From Curvularia clavata (Eukaryota): a DNA stretch of 64,000 nt. Numbering within the stretch: position 1 is the stretch's first letter; every line of letters begins with the position of its first letter. Both the position numbers and the translations under genes were made by a program. The stretch spans positions 992,001-1,056,000 of the forward strand of contig CP089277.1 in NCBI GenBank assembly GCA_023920165.1, read 5' to 3'. This document shows positions 11,701 to 24,845 of this stretch, one piece after another. The notes beneath the pieces are model-generated. The model saw only the letters and a program-made list of their open reading frames with translations, ran no database searches and was not told where the DNA came from.

Positions 11701-13137
11701 AGGCACAGGCATCAATTCTCCTTAGGGGACTTGGCTGAGTGTGTCCGTATTGCGAAGGAGCGCTCCGTCCATCCAATACAATAGTTACCAATAAAAGGAT
11801 CAACGGGGAAACTAAAGCGGAAAACCCGTCCCACCGGCCGTTCCCAGAAAAGCCAGTCGGTGGTAAGATAACTCACGGGGCGAGCATGGACGGATGCTGC
11901 CCATCTGCCGGTCCCTGCAGCCTTTTCTTACGTTTGGGCACCCGAAGCTTTGCAAAAGCTCTGCTATGCTGTGTACATAATACGCTGACAAGAATCGAAA
12001 ACAGCCAAGATATGGCTGGAGTGTTGTGGGACATTTGAAATCGGTGAAGGGGCCTGCCGAGTGTGTAGTGACTAGGGTCACCAGCCGCAGTCAAGCCACG
12101 CTGTCATGTTTCTGGCGACTTTATCCGACGCTAATAAGGCAAGGCTGGGCAACTGGGGCAAGTGGAGGGAGAAGACGAAGTTTCGGAAGCTCGCCCTTCT
12201 TCGCACCCCGACAGTCCGTTTCTGGAGAGGAGAGGATTGTAACCGATTGGTAACATAACTAAGTCTTTAGTAACCATATAAACTGTGGACACCTCGGCCG
12301 CAAGCGAGAGTTGTTGATTGATGATCGTTGCTCGAACAAGAGGCTTTAGAGCGCACGAGGAGCCACGAGAGAAGGTCAAGCTGCAACGGGACAGCGGATC
12401 ACGCCACTAGTAGGGCCCCCCGGCAGTGCAGCGCCACGGTCAAAGGCCCGCTTCCCTTCGCTTGGGTGCAAGCAGGGCCTCCCAAAGGCGCAGGGCCATA
12501 CCGTATGGGTGCGTCTATCGTGGCGTGGGTGGCGGCTCATCAGAAGCCCCTCACCAGCATTTCCCCATGGAATGGACGTGGGACTCCCAACCTGCCACGA
12601 GCCGTGACGCCACAAGGCGCATGCTAGGCACATGGCAAGTGCTGACCACTTGGCTCTGGTGGTGCAGCTCCCGCTGTGCATCCTCGACGGTCTGAATGCT
12701 GCCGAATCAACATTTAGCAGCCATGCCGGGAGTGGGGGAGCACATAGGATAGCCGTCGTTTGGCTTCTGGAGAAGGGCAATTGTCAGTGGCTCGCCCTGG
12801 GGAAATTCAATAGGTGACTATGGAAGCGCCAGCTCACCCAAGGGAACCCGAGGCGACTCGCCGAGATGAGTGCTCCAGATATGAGCTTGGCCTACAGGTA
12901 GCAATAGAAAGCGGACAAGTCGGCGGGGAGCAACGATTCGACTATTTGACCCCATCGCCCAAGCCCGGCGGGACGGTGCCCATGCGACATGCGACGGCGC
13001 TAACCTACAACTAATCCTTGACCCACAAGCTTCTCCGCCGCAGAATAACCCTGTCAGAAGCATCCACCGGTTTACTCTTAGGCGCAGCATTCCCCCAGCC
13101 ACAGGACGTGGTGCTCGATGCTCTCCATCTGCCACCC

Positions 13138-16100
13138 ATGACTTCCCCGGCCCTCACGACGACTGAAGGCCTGCCGGCAGACACTGGCCGCTCCGGCCCC
13201 CCCGAATCTCACCCAGAAGACATCTCAGAGTTTGATGAAGGAAACTCCGAGACCAATGACGTCGGCGACGATCAGCCACCGAAACCGCAACCTCAGAAAA
13301 GACGACGAGTGACACGTGCCTGTGACGAATGTCGCCGCAAGAAGATTAAATGCGATGGCAAGCAGCCATGCACGCACTGTACAGTGTATAGCTATGGTAT
13401 GTTCGTAGCCATGTGTATGGCCAATATTGGTTCCGTCATCCTGGAAATACACGCTAACACTGTGCAGAATGGTAACGGCCTCTGGAGATAACCGCACATT
13501 TGCAAAAATGGAAAATTGACTTTTTGCCCAGCACTTATGACCAACCTTCAAACCGCCGACGGAATGCGACACCCCAGTATATTGAAGCTCTAGAGAGCCA
13601 GCTGAAGCGGGCCAAAGCATTGTTGCAGGTGGTGCTGCCGAGCGTGGACTTGAACGACCCCGCCATTGACGCCCATATCCAGAATGGATTATTACCGCAG
13701 CTACCGCAAGCAGCTGCCCGACCACCAATTGCGCCCATGGAAACGCGCGTGCCTCAGCAACATGCACCCCCGCACAACGAAGATGCGCCTGACTCACATC
13801 TCGAGGCTATGGTCAAGGCGACGGGCCAGCTTGATCTTGACGAAGAAGGAAATTGGGATTACCAAGGCCACTCCTCAGGACTTAGCTTCATGAGGGGATT
13901 ACGCCAATTCGACGATATATTCCAAATTCCACCAGATGAATCGCCGTCGTTTAAGCAACGCACCATGTCCTATGATGCCTCGTCGCCCGATGCTATTTCC
14001 ACAACCGGATCCATGTCCTCACCAACTAATGCGACTCTTCCCAGTAAAGAAGAGGCGCGTATTCTATGCGACAACGCCATTATTCAGTACAGTGCTATGC
14101 TTCGAGTTGTCCATCTACCTACTTTCTACAAGCAGATGGACCGCATCTACGAAGTGCCATCTGAAAATTATGGGAACGCCGAAAACAGCTTCTTACCTCT
14201 GCTTTTCGCAGTTCTTGCTCTAGGCAAGCTATTTTCAGAAAATGAGCAAGGGGCCGATGTCACAGGCTACGACGCCCTGACTGACGAGGGGTATGCAATT
14301 ACAACGAATGCCAATCTACTTGAGCTAACATAGTCCAGACTCAAGTACTTCAAAGCCTCCCGCCAACTCCTGGATATTACGGACTGCAGGGATTTGACTT
14401 CGCTCCAAGCTATTATTTTCCTGATTCAGTTCTTGCAATCATCAGCCAAGCTCAGCACATGTTATGCTTATATTGGAATCGCTCTACGATCGGCACTGCG
14501 CATGGGTTTACACCGCTCCTTCAATGTTTCATTTTCGCCAATTGAAGCCGAAACACGCAAACGCATATTCTGGGTTATCAGACGAATGGACACGTACGTT
14601 GGGGCTATGCTTGGATTGCCAAGGTTCTTAGAGGACGAAGACATCGATCAGGAATGGCCAGTCGAAGTCGATGACGAGTACATCACAGAGACAGAAATTC
14701 TGCCCATGCCAGAAGGAAGCATTTCGGTCATGGCTGCTTTTAATGCTCACACTCGCCTCGTTCAAGTTCTAAATAAGATTTGCAAATATGTGTATCCAAT
14801 CAAGGGTACACAAGCGGGCGGCAAGAACTCGGTAACCTACACTGTCGGTTACTCCAAGATCCGGGAGATTGAGCGAGATTTGGCACGCTGGTTAGACGAA
14901 CTGCCAGTAGCACTGAAACCCGGTGGTGAGGTTCCACCAATCATCAAGAGGTAGGTTGAGAACCTTTTCCAACTCTTCATACTTTTGCTAACTGATATAA
15001 CAGAGTCCAGCAGCTTCTTCGTATGGCTTTTGGACACGCACAACTCTTACTGTATCGGCCATTCTTGCACTATGTTTCACAATCTTACAATACCAAGACT
15101 GTCGACCAAAGGGCGTTCGCTTGCGCCTCTGCCTGCGTCAACGTCTCGCGCAACATCATACACATTTCCACGGAGATGCGGAAGCGCGGTGTGCTAGCTG
15201 GAGCGTACTGGTTTTCCATGTACACGACGTTCTTTGCTATCGTGTCAATCCTGTACTTTGTGTTGGAAAATCCTACTAGTCCAACTAGTTTTGAACTACT
15301 ACGAGATGCCGCCGAGGGCAAAGAAGTCTTAGCCTACTTCGCAAAGAGAAGCCTGGCAGCGGATAGATGCAGTATTGCGCTTGAGGTATGTTGCATTCGA
15401 GGACGATTGGAATCCCTTTACTAACCATTTCCTTTAGGGCATGTTTCGACGACTGCCAGAGTCAATCAGACAAGGCGCGGACATTGTCTCTTCGAAAAAG
15501 CGTCGACAAGGTAGTTCCCCACAATCTTCAGGAGCGCGACCCATTTTATCTGGCCAAAAAGAAGCTACAGGCCCGCGGCGTGCGAGCACCTATCCCGACA
15601 CTATTCCAAATCTCAAGACCGTCGGTCAAGGTCCGGCACACCCGTCGCCACGCAACCAGTTTGCTGGGATTGGTCCAAGCTCTTCATACCCGACGCACTC
15701 AATCTCCAACCCTAATTTGTTTGACGGTGTACCTGATCTGACACCCACCTCCTCCAACGACAGTCTGCCGAGCTTTGGTATGGCACCTATCCATGACCCA
15801 CGGCAAAGCTCGGTTTACAATCCTTCAGTTTTGAGCAGCTCATTTGCAGATCCATCGGGCATGAATGTTCCAATCGCAGATATCTCGACCATGATGTTCC
15901 CTTCTACTGATCCTCTTGCCTACCCAAATCAGCCAATGACTGCTTTTGAAAACAGACATCCCCAGGCCTTTGATCGCAATAGTGTACCACCAGTGAGCAG
16001 TGGTCATCCGCTTCAAATTCCGACTAGTATGGACATAAAAGGGCATCCTCCAATATTTGCACCAAACGGTATGCCCAACGGACAAGGACGGCTACAAAGC

Positions 16101-16331
16101 GACAACGAGGCCCAGCTATTTGGACCTGTTCCTATGTACTTGATGCAAGGTACACAACAGTACCGAGACTTTTCACCACAGCTCGGAATGCAAATGCCAG
16201 GACCGAATAATGTACAGTTTGATGAGCTGCTCAATCAAGGCGATTGGTCTCAGTCTTTCATGGATCCAGCGTTAAACCTGAGTACTGGAAGGCCACCACA
16301 TCAGCAGTTTATTCCACACGGATGGCGTTAG
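13138..16331 (+). CDS. Zn(II)2Cys6 transcription factor with fungal TF middle homology region (Asg1-like)
   Basis: Exons 13138-13396, 13468-13471 (microexon), 13532-14290, 14339-14950, 15004-15385, 15438-16331. Spliced cluster [32 protein letters not shown] motif ALRMGLH...ETRKRIFW...LGLP. Confidence 0.92.
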
Positions 16332-17746
16332 GGATTCCCAATGATGGCAGGATCAGGCCCAGATCTCTCAGAGTTCAGAATACCCTTCATTGATCATCTC
16401 AGTCATGATCCCAGATCCGACAACGAACTCACCACCCGGTTCGAGCATCGTTACCACAACTTTCCACCCGCCACTACTGATGCATCATGAGCAATGTTCG
16501 CACTTGTTTCTTTAGTTCACATCATTTACATCGGCGTTCTTGAGTATTAAAAGCATTATACCCCAAGATCAACCGGCTGGTACCGATGAGTTAAACATTT
16601 TTCCAACGGTTTGGGTACTGTGGACAGAGCCTCACTGATCGATATTGCAACTCTCCAGTTCGTTTCGATCACGACCTGTTCAATGCGCTCCGATGTTGCC
16701 TTTACTTTGTTTGTCTTATACTTCTACTCAGTAGCCTAGGGCGGCGTTCAATCAATCGGTTTAGAGGCATGATTCATCGACCTTGCGGTCGCAAGTTCCA
16801 TTCCAGTGCGGAGAATTCACTTTTTTTTGGGGGAAAGGCGCTTATGGAGGGATTGAAAGAGCAAGGTTACATTCGTTTCGTCCAGTTAGTCGACGAGCAA
16901 TTGTTTTAGAGTAGCGAATCGATACATCCACGTTAACAGCACCCAACATCAAGAAGTGTCGGACTAAATTAATCGCAACATTTAGTCTCTTCCAGGATAA
17001 CAGCAGCAAAGCGCTAACTACATTTACTCTTTAGGCCACCGAGCAGATAGCCGAGCACCAACTACCAAGACCACTTCCTGACTGAACTCGACTCATAAAA
17101 GGACAATGACGATACGGCGATGCACGCAGGCTGGCAATTGCATGCGACAGCGGAGCGGGGTAACCACAAGCAGATACTTCCAAGCCCAACGCCTAGCATT
17201 CCGTCATCCCACACCAAGTCGTGCCATTCGCACCGACAGCCGCCAAGCGCGACCACACTTCTCGGTCTTCATCCGCCAAGCCTCACCACCACCATTAAGA
17301 ACGAAACGTAGTGTGGGGAGTGTGTAAGCGCCAAGTGCAAATACCAGTTTTCTTCTACAAGCACCTTTTCCTTGTCGGTTAAACGAGGTGCAATGTTCGC
17401 TACGATCCAGCCAAGATTTAGCTCTTCCATGTACCCGGGTGACTTGGGAGAGTCTTGGAACCCAAGACCGACGTATCTATCGACCTTCTTAACTTGGATG
17501 CCGGACAGAGACACATCAGGATAGACTGATGTGTGCTGATAGGTTGGATGGGAGGTGTACAGGTATGCGGCGCTCCCGGAACGAACAAGAGATGTCCGGC
17601 TTTCTGGGCGGTTGGAGGATGATAGAAAGAGATGGAGATATATAAATGGGGGATGTCGTTGTAGGGATGGCGGAAATCTCCAACTGACTCTCGCAACTTG
17701 TTCTAGTTCTTCTTTCTCCAGAAGGGAGACTCGTCGGTAGTTCAAG

Positions 17747-19617
17747 ATGGTTATGTTGCCCTCGTTGTCGATGCTTGGCTCTGCTGCGTTGGTGGGATTG
17801 AGTAATGCAGCAGCGCTTGGTACGGCTGAGGAGTATGCAGATGGCACTGTGCATGCGAAGATAATGGCGATGAAGATGGTACGTGATATATCAACATCAT
17901 CCATATCGTTGCATTCCTCTGAATCTAACGCAAAATTAGGCCCAATGGGACGCTGAGCTTGCTTCGGGTGAAATGGACAGCTCGAGGTATCCTGAGTTAG
18001 GCTACACTCCGTGTGAGAACGGGTTTGCGGCTGCGATACCGGGAGACTTCAACAACACGTTCAAGTGCCATAACGTTAGTTTTATTATCTTGACTGAAGA
18101 ATGGCAAAACTAAGACAAATCAGATTGATCTTTACCACTTCTTGCCGCACAACCTTCTTGGCAGCGACCAGGGACAGGGTTCCTCATCCTGGGGTTGGAC
18201 ATCTGAAGACGGGCGAGAGTTTGTCGCCATCGGCCAGTTCGATGGAACAGCGTTTGCGGAGATCAGCAGCGAGGGCAAGTTGATTTATCTTGGACGGTTA
18301 CCCCAGTACGACGCCATTGGCTCCCGATGGCGCGAGATCCGTGTCATGAACGACTACGCAGTAATTGGTAGCGAGGCTATCAAACATGGAGTCCAGATCT
18401 TCGACATGAAGAAACTACTGGACCTGGATGGCAGTGAGCCCAAAAACTTCACTCAGCAGGATCTTACTGGCCACTGGGGGCTGAGCAACGACTGGAACGC
18501 CTTGCCAGTAGGTAGGACGCACAACATTGTCGTCAACCCCGAGCTCAACTATGCCGTCGCTGTCGGTTCTGTCGGCGGCAACGAGACCATTCGCGTGCGT
18601 GGCGATCTGCCCTGCCGTGGAGGCCTCATCTTCATCGACATGACGGACCCATCCAACCCAACCAGTCCTGGCTGTGCAGCCGCGGACGGATACGTCCATG
18701 ACGCAGAGTGCCTGGTTTATCGCGGTCCCGACGCCCGTTACTACGGTCGCGATATCTGTTACGGTTACAATGAAGACACTCTCACCATCTACGATGTCAC
18801 TGACAAAGCCGGAAATACAACCAAAATTATCTCACGCACTACGTATCCCGGAGCCGAGTACGTCCACCAAGGCGTCGTCAACAACGCCACATGGCAAGAA
18901 TATATCTTCCTCGACGATGAATTTGACGAGCGCGACGCAAAAGTAGGTCCCATGACACAGGGTCTCCCCACCACGCACATCTTCGATATCCGCGACCTCG
19001 AGAACCCGTTCTACTCTGGCTACTACGAGGGAAAACGGCGTTCTATCGATCACAATCAATACATTGTTGACAACTACCTGTACCAGTCCAACTACGGTAA
19101 TGGACTCAATGTCCTCGACGTCCATTCCATCACTGAGGACCCTACCGGCGGTGGCATCTGTGAGGCTGGTTTCTTTGACATCTACCCTGAAGATGACGAG
19201 AACGAGGGCGGTGGTACTGTCGCCTTCCTTGGATCCTGGTCGTCATACCCGTACTTCAAATCCGGATTCATTTTCGTTCACACAATTGAACGCGGTTCTT
19301 TTGTCGTAAAAATGACAAGCAAGGAGTGCGAGAAACCCAAAGTATGCGCCGCCGACGGGTGCCTCAGCAGCATGCGTACAGCGAATGTCGAGGGAAGATT
19401 GCAGGAGAGCCAAGAGTTTTGCGGTAACTTTACGCAGAGGAAGATTGAGGATGAGAGGGCTGTACCGGATTTTGCAAGGAGCGCGTGTGCGGCGGGAGGG
19501 GAGACGGTGGCGAAGGTTAGCAGTGCGTGTGCTTGTCTGCCTACATTGCCTGTGCCAGAACTGCCACGTACGACGAGTCGTCCGCCGGTGCCTACAGTTT
19601 TGCCGCCGAGGTTGTAG
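17747..19617 (+). CDS. Secreted choice-of-anchor-B-like / LVIVD-like beta-propeller protein with a C-terminal 6-Cys module
   Basis: Signal peptide. Exons 17747-17878, 17940-18074, 18124-19617. Motifs SSSWGWT.DGREF, WREI, HGVQIFD, HNIVVN, YVHDAEC, IDHNQY, QSNY..GL.VLD, GSWSSYPYF.SG. Confidence 0.8.
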
Positions 19618-20132
19618 GTGAGGTGTTGGATATGTAATGACTTGGTTGAAATGGTATGTCAATAACGAAATACCAGTCGCAGATAAGAACCTTGATATTC
19701 TGAGCCAAACTCTCGCCTTAGCAGCACAGCGTGAGCATGAATATCTAAAAACTACCATGCACATTAGAAAATACAACGAATACCTGTCCTTATGCTACAT
19801 TCGGATGACATGAAGTGGTGCCTGGAAAGTGACACACCAGAAACGGACTAGCTCCGTGCGCCACCCCTGACGTCTGGCTTAGCACGAAAATCGGCGTAAC
19901 GTCATTGCTGCTACATTTCGCTTGACGGGCAAGACTTGCCCACTTTCTGGACGCACCTCTCCCTTCTGACTGTATATCCTACCTTGTTGCATTGGGTACT
20001 TCGATTCCATATGGGAGTACTCTAATAATTGGCCTTTGCCTCTCACCTCGATCATCGCAAAGCCGACGCTTTCTTCAAAGAACCCGTCAGCCAGCTCACG
20101 CCGAGCGCCATTCACCTACATACTACACAACA

Positions 20133-21116
20133 ATGGCAACACAGCGCAAACCCATATCTACTGAAACCAACGGTACACCTCCTGTGGCTGGAGCGCCCGC
20201 CAGCGCCATGCTTCCTCCGACATCGTCTGCCCGCCGTTCGCCGTTCTTCCCGACCCGTCTCGAAGCCCAACTCATAGCCATCTACCCGCTCACACTCCTC
20301 CTTGGCAGTGTATTCAGCACGCTCTCGCCCTCGACGCGCAACGCTCCGTACTCTGCGAGCCTGCAATCGCACCCAGTCGAGTTCGCGCCGTCATATTTTG
20401 CGCAAAAGAAGAACGTCTTCAATGTGTACTTTGTCAAAGTCGGCTGGTTCTGGACCACGCTCGCATTCGCCGTTTTCGTAATCTTTCACCCGAGCTTTGG
20501 ACAGGGTGCCAGCGCAAGGAGGTTGAGGGCGCTGCTGAGATATGGCCTTGTGACCATGTGGTGGTGCTTCTTGACTCAGTGGTGTTTTGGCCCGCCGCTG
20601 ATTGATCGCGGATTCCGGTTTACGGGCGGCCAGTGCGAATTGTTGAGGGATGAGGAGGCCAGAGATGATATGAGTACCCCAAGAGAATATATCACGGCAG
20701 CCACTTGTAAGGCTGTGGGTGGCACGTGGAAGGGCGGCCATGATATCTCGGGCCATGTCTTTCTGCTCATCCTTGGATCCTCGCTGCTGTGGTTCGAGTT
20801 TCTGCCTGCGCTGACGCGCGTCGAGGGACTGAGAGACGGCAGATTGATTACACTGCCTGATGGCAAGGTCGCAAGTGTGGCTGTAGAGAAGGATCTGGTT
20901 AAATCTGAGGGCGAAGCTACAGCAAGAGGTGTCAAGTTCGCACTCGGTGTTGCGGCGCTGATGTGGTGGATGTTGCTTATGACGGCGGCTTATTTTCACA
21001 CATGGTTTGAGAAGTTCACGGGACTTCTCGTAGCATTTGCGGGGCTGTACACTGTCTACTTTCTTCCAAGAGGTGTACCACAGGTCAGGGCGTGGTTAGG
21101 CATGCCTGGTGTATGA
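20133..21116 (+). CDS. SCS3: FIT-family ER acyl-CoA diphosphatase / inositol phospholipid synthesis protein
   Basis: Motifs YFAQKKNVFNVYFVKVGWFWT, TQWCFGPPLIDR, GGHDISGHVFL, TAAYFHTWFEK (both catalytic His present). ATG at 20133. Confidence 0.92.
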   Translation: MATQRKPISTETNGTPPVAGAPASAMLPPTSSARRSPFFPTRLEAQLIAIYPLTLLLGSVFSTLSPSTRNAPYSASLQSHPVEFAPSYFAQKKNVFNVYFVKVGWFWTTLAFAVFVIFHPSFGQGASARRLRALLRYGLVTMWWCFLTQWCFGPPLIDRGFRFTGGQCELLRDEEARDDMSTPREYITAATCKAVGGTWKGGHDISGHVFLLILGSSLLWFEFLPALTRVEGLRDGRLITLPDGKVASVAVEKDLVKSEGEATARGVKFALGVAALMWWMLLMTAAYFHTWFEKFTGLLVAFAGLYTVYFLPRGVPQVRAWLGMPGV

Positions 21117-21482
21117 GGAATGGGGCAGATGATTGATAAATCCCGTAGGAGATATCAGCTGCTGCTGTTTTGTCTTTGGCATGGTACAATTTTGAGTTTA
21201 GGCAATGGCATAGTTTGTATTACAACAAGTCGATGAGCTTGGCGCGTTGTGTAGAAGCATAGCATGTTCATAGTACTCAATAATACGCATCACCACTTTC
21301 CAGTCGTTATGGTCTCTCCGTGTCTTTGATCCTAACATTGAACCCGATCGTCCCTGATCATCGATCGGGCGTTATTACTGAAATTGTTGAGATTCAGGTT
21401 TTCACACTACAGCCTCGGCTTCATCGCTTGCGCTTTTTTCCTTGCTTTTCGGCCGACTTTGTAATTCGTAAGATCGACCCTT

Positions 21483-21526
21483 GCTCGTTTCGCTGCTCGT
21501 CTCGCTGCTCGTCTCGCTGCTCGTCT
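21483..21526. repeat. 12-nt tandem repeat (GCTCGTCTCGCT) x about 3.7
   Basis: gctcgtttcgct gctcgtctcgct gctcgtctcgct gctcgtct, read directly. Confidence 0.85.
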
Positions 21527-22010
21527 CCATACTTCTCACCCAACCCCACAAAGTTCCGAGAATCTTTGCGTGCCCCCTGGCTTAGCAACTGGGGCCGCAG
21601 AAACGGCGTCTAGGCGACGCACTGCGCTATTGATTGTATGCAGTTGGAACCAGTGTAAAAGACGTGCGTCCATGGGGCATTCGGCATGCATTCGAGGAAG
21701 ATGACGACATTAGGCGGCTAAAGGTATGTGCCTAAGTCCGATGTGTCGCCGCGGCTAACCACGCGTGGTAGACCGCCCGCCCTGCTTGGATCTTCTCCAA
21801 TCATTGCTTTCTCCGCAAAAGCACATCGTAAACGAGTTTGTATGTCGACCCCAGAATGATTCCCCACTTTCCCCTCACGACGGTAAAGGTACAGACGAGG
21901 GGATGATCTTACTCCGTAGTGTCCGCAGTCGGCTTTTGACTGCATATTTAACTTGGGTGTTTCCATGAATCTTTCACGATGTACCTCTTCCTTCATCGTG
22001 CCAATTCACC

Positions 22011-24335
22011 ATGCTGGGTTTCAAGGGAGTTTACGCGTTGAGCCTGTTGGCTGGCGCTGTTGTTGGTCAGGATGGTAAGTCATGCAGGTTGAATTCAACT
22101 ATCGAGGCGGCTAATTGATTGGGAGCAGCAATCACAGCGAGTGGAACAAACTTCACTCTGACTGCCGATGGCATGTCGTACCTCTTCCACGTGGATACGG
22201 AGTCTGGAGACCTGATCTCCGACCACTTCGGAGGACCAACAACAGATTTTACACCTCCAGCTAAGATCAGTCCGAGCGGATGGGTTGATGGTTTGGGGAA
22301 TGATCGTCGCGAGTTTCCCGATATTGGTCGCGGCGACTTTCGCCTCCCTGCTATCCATATTCAGCATGCCGATGGCGACACGGTGACCGCTCTCCGCTAC
22401 CAGTCTCATGAGGTCTCGCAGGGAAAGCCTTATCTGCCAGGCCTACCGGCGACCTATGGAGAGGCTGGTAATGTGACTACTGTGACTGTTCACCTGTATG
22501 ACAATGTATCGGACGTTTCAGCTGCGCTTTTGTACTCCATCTTCCCCAAGTACAATGCTATTGCGCGTAGCTTCTCCATCACCAACAACGGAACTGCAAA
22601 CATCTCGATTGAGAGAGCTGCCAGTTTCAGCACCGACTTCCCCAATGTTGAGCTGGAGATGATTGAACCTCATGGCGATTGGTCCCATGAATTCCAGACG
22701 GTACGAAGGCCGATCGACTATGGCGAGACTACGTAGGTGTTTTCGTGGACGATCCGCTTGCGGTAATGGCGACTGACGAAGTATAGATTCCGAAGCACTG
22801 CAGGCTACTCATCGCATCTGCACAACCCTTTCTTCTCACTGGTATCGCCAACTACCACTGAGTCGACTGGAGAGGCATGGGGATTTAGTTTAATCTGGAC
22901 CGGAAGCTTCGCTGCCACTGCCCAGCGTTTCTCTAACGGCTATGTGCGTGTGCTAATGGGCCTCAACCCATTGCATTCCAGCGTTGTCGTGGCACCGGGA
23001 GAGACTTTCCATTCTCCTGAGGCTGTCGGCGTCTACTCGTCAGAAGGCCTTGGAGGCATGTCACGCTCTTTCCACGACCTTTACCGCAACCACCTCTCCC
23101 GCTCTAAGTTCACCGCCCAGACGCGCCCAATTTTGCTCAACTCCTGGGAAGGTCTTGGATTCAGCATCAACGAGACTAGCCTTGTGAGCCTTGCTGGTGA
23201 GGCTGAGGAGCTTGGTATCGAACTATTCGTCATGGACGACGGCTGGTTTGGCAAAGAGTATCCTCGTAACAATGACTCCCTTGGTCTCGGTGACTGGACG
23301 CCTAACCCGGCCAAGTTTCCCAATGGTCTCACACCATACATTGAGAAAGTGACCGACTATCAGGTGTTGAACGAGTCGAAGCCAATGAAGTTCGGTATCT
23401 GGGTCGAGCCGGAAATGGTCAACCCTAATTCCACGCTATACAAAGAACATCCTGACTGGGTCCTGCATGCGGGCAAACACCAGAGGACACTGACACGTAA
23501 CCAACTGGTCTTGAATGTCGGACTACCAGAAGTCCAAGATTTCATTATCGGTGCCGTTTCCAATATCCTCGACTCTGGAAATGTTTCATACGTCAAGTGG
23601 GATAACAACCGCGGAATGCACGAGTTGTCCCGCCCTTCAGATGATTACAACTACATCCTTGGTCTTTACCGCGTCATCGACAACCTCACTACAAGCTACC
23701 CCGATGTGCTCTTCGAAGGCTGCGCCTCAGGTGGTGGACGCTTCGACCCTGGTCTGCTCCATTACTGGCCTCAATCGTGGACGTCTGACAACACGGACGG
23801 CTCGGACCGCCTCACCATTCAGATGGGAACATCGCTCGTCTACCCACCCTCCGCCATGGGCTGCCACATCTCGGCCGTCCCCAACCACCTCACCAACCGC
23901 AACATTAGCTTCGAGTACCGTGGCCACGTCGCTATGATGTGTGGATCATTCGGTCTCGAACTCAACCCATCCGAACTCTCACCCGAGGAAGCCGCTGCTG
24001 TTCCATCCATCATGGCCGCCGCTAAAGCAGTGAACCCCATTGTAATTTCCGGCGACTTTTACCGTCTCGCGCACCCTGCGCAGAGCAACTGGCCCGCAGT
24101 ACAGTTTGTCAGCAACGACGGCGCACGTAGCGTTGTCTTTGCCTTCCAACAGACCATGAAGATCAAACCTGCCGCGCCACCAGTAAGGCTTCAAGGCTTG
24201 GATCCAAAGGCCAAGTACAGGAACGACTTGGACAACGCGACATATAGCGGTGCTACGTATATGAATGGCGGAATTAATATTGGGTGGCAGCCAATGGATT
24301 ATCAGAGTAAGATGATCTGGCTGGAGAAGGTCTAA
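22011..24335 (+). CDS. Secreted alpha-galactosidase, glycoside hydrolase family 36 (AglC-like)
   Basis: Exons 22011-22074, 22129-22732, 22787-24335. Signal peptide. Motifs [63 protein letters not shown]. Confidence 0.95.
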
Positions 24336-24845
24336 TGAGGAGGTTGAAGTTTGGGATATGTAAATACGAGCCAATGACAAATGTGTCGATACGTATCTGC
24401 TCACTTTCTATGTTTGTGTCCACAGTCGGCATTACGACATGCCGAGTTTAGACGTCTGATAGAGATTGACAGGCACACCAAGCTTGAAACACGTCAGAAT
24501 CTAAGGTACGTATACCCCTGTCCGTTTCGGGATCCGAACAGTTCCGCGTCGACGGCATGTTGGACAGGCTCTCTCCTTGTCGAAAGTTAAGCGCATAAGC
24601 ACTCTATTCGCTTGTCGAGAACAAGACGTCCAAGCAAGGAGGAAAGAAAGCAGAGCACGTTCAACAGGTGGCGTCAATATCTGAATAGTAAAAAAGGTAT
24701 CGATACCATTGAAGTATGTGCAATAATGAGTGAAAGAATATACAAGAGAAAATATTAAGCCCACAGCCACTACTATATTTCCAAAAGAAACACATTCGTT
24801 GAACCGCGCTCATGAATAGCTCGCCTAGCCATTGACTCTCCCAAT

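Noticed and set aside
21421..21610. Minus-strand frame reading (DEQR)n...KKRKR through the 12-nt repeat
   Set aside because: No start codon before an in-frame TAG and no supported upstream exon.
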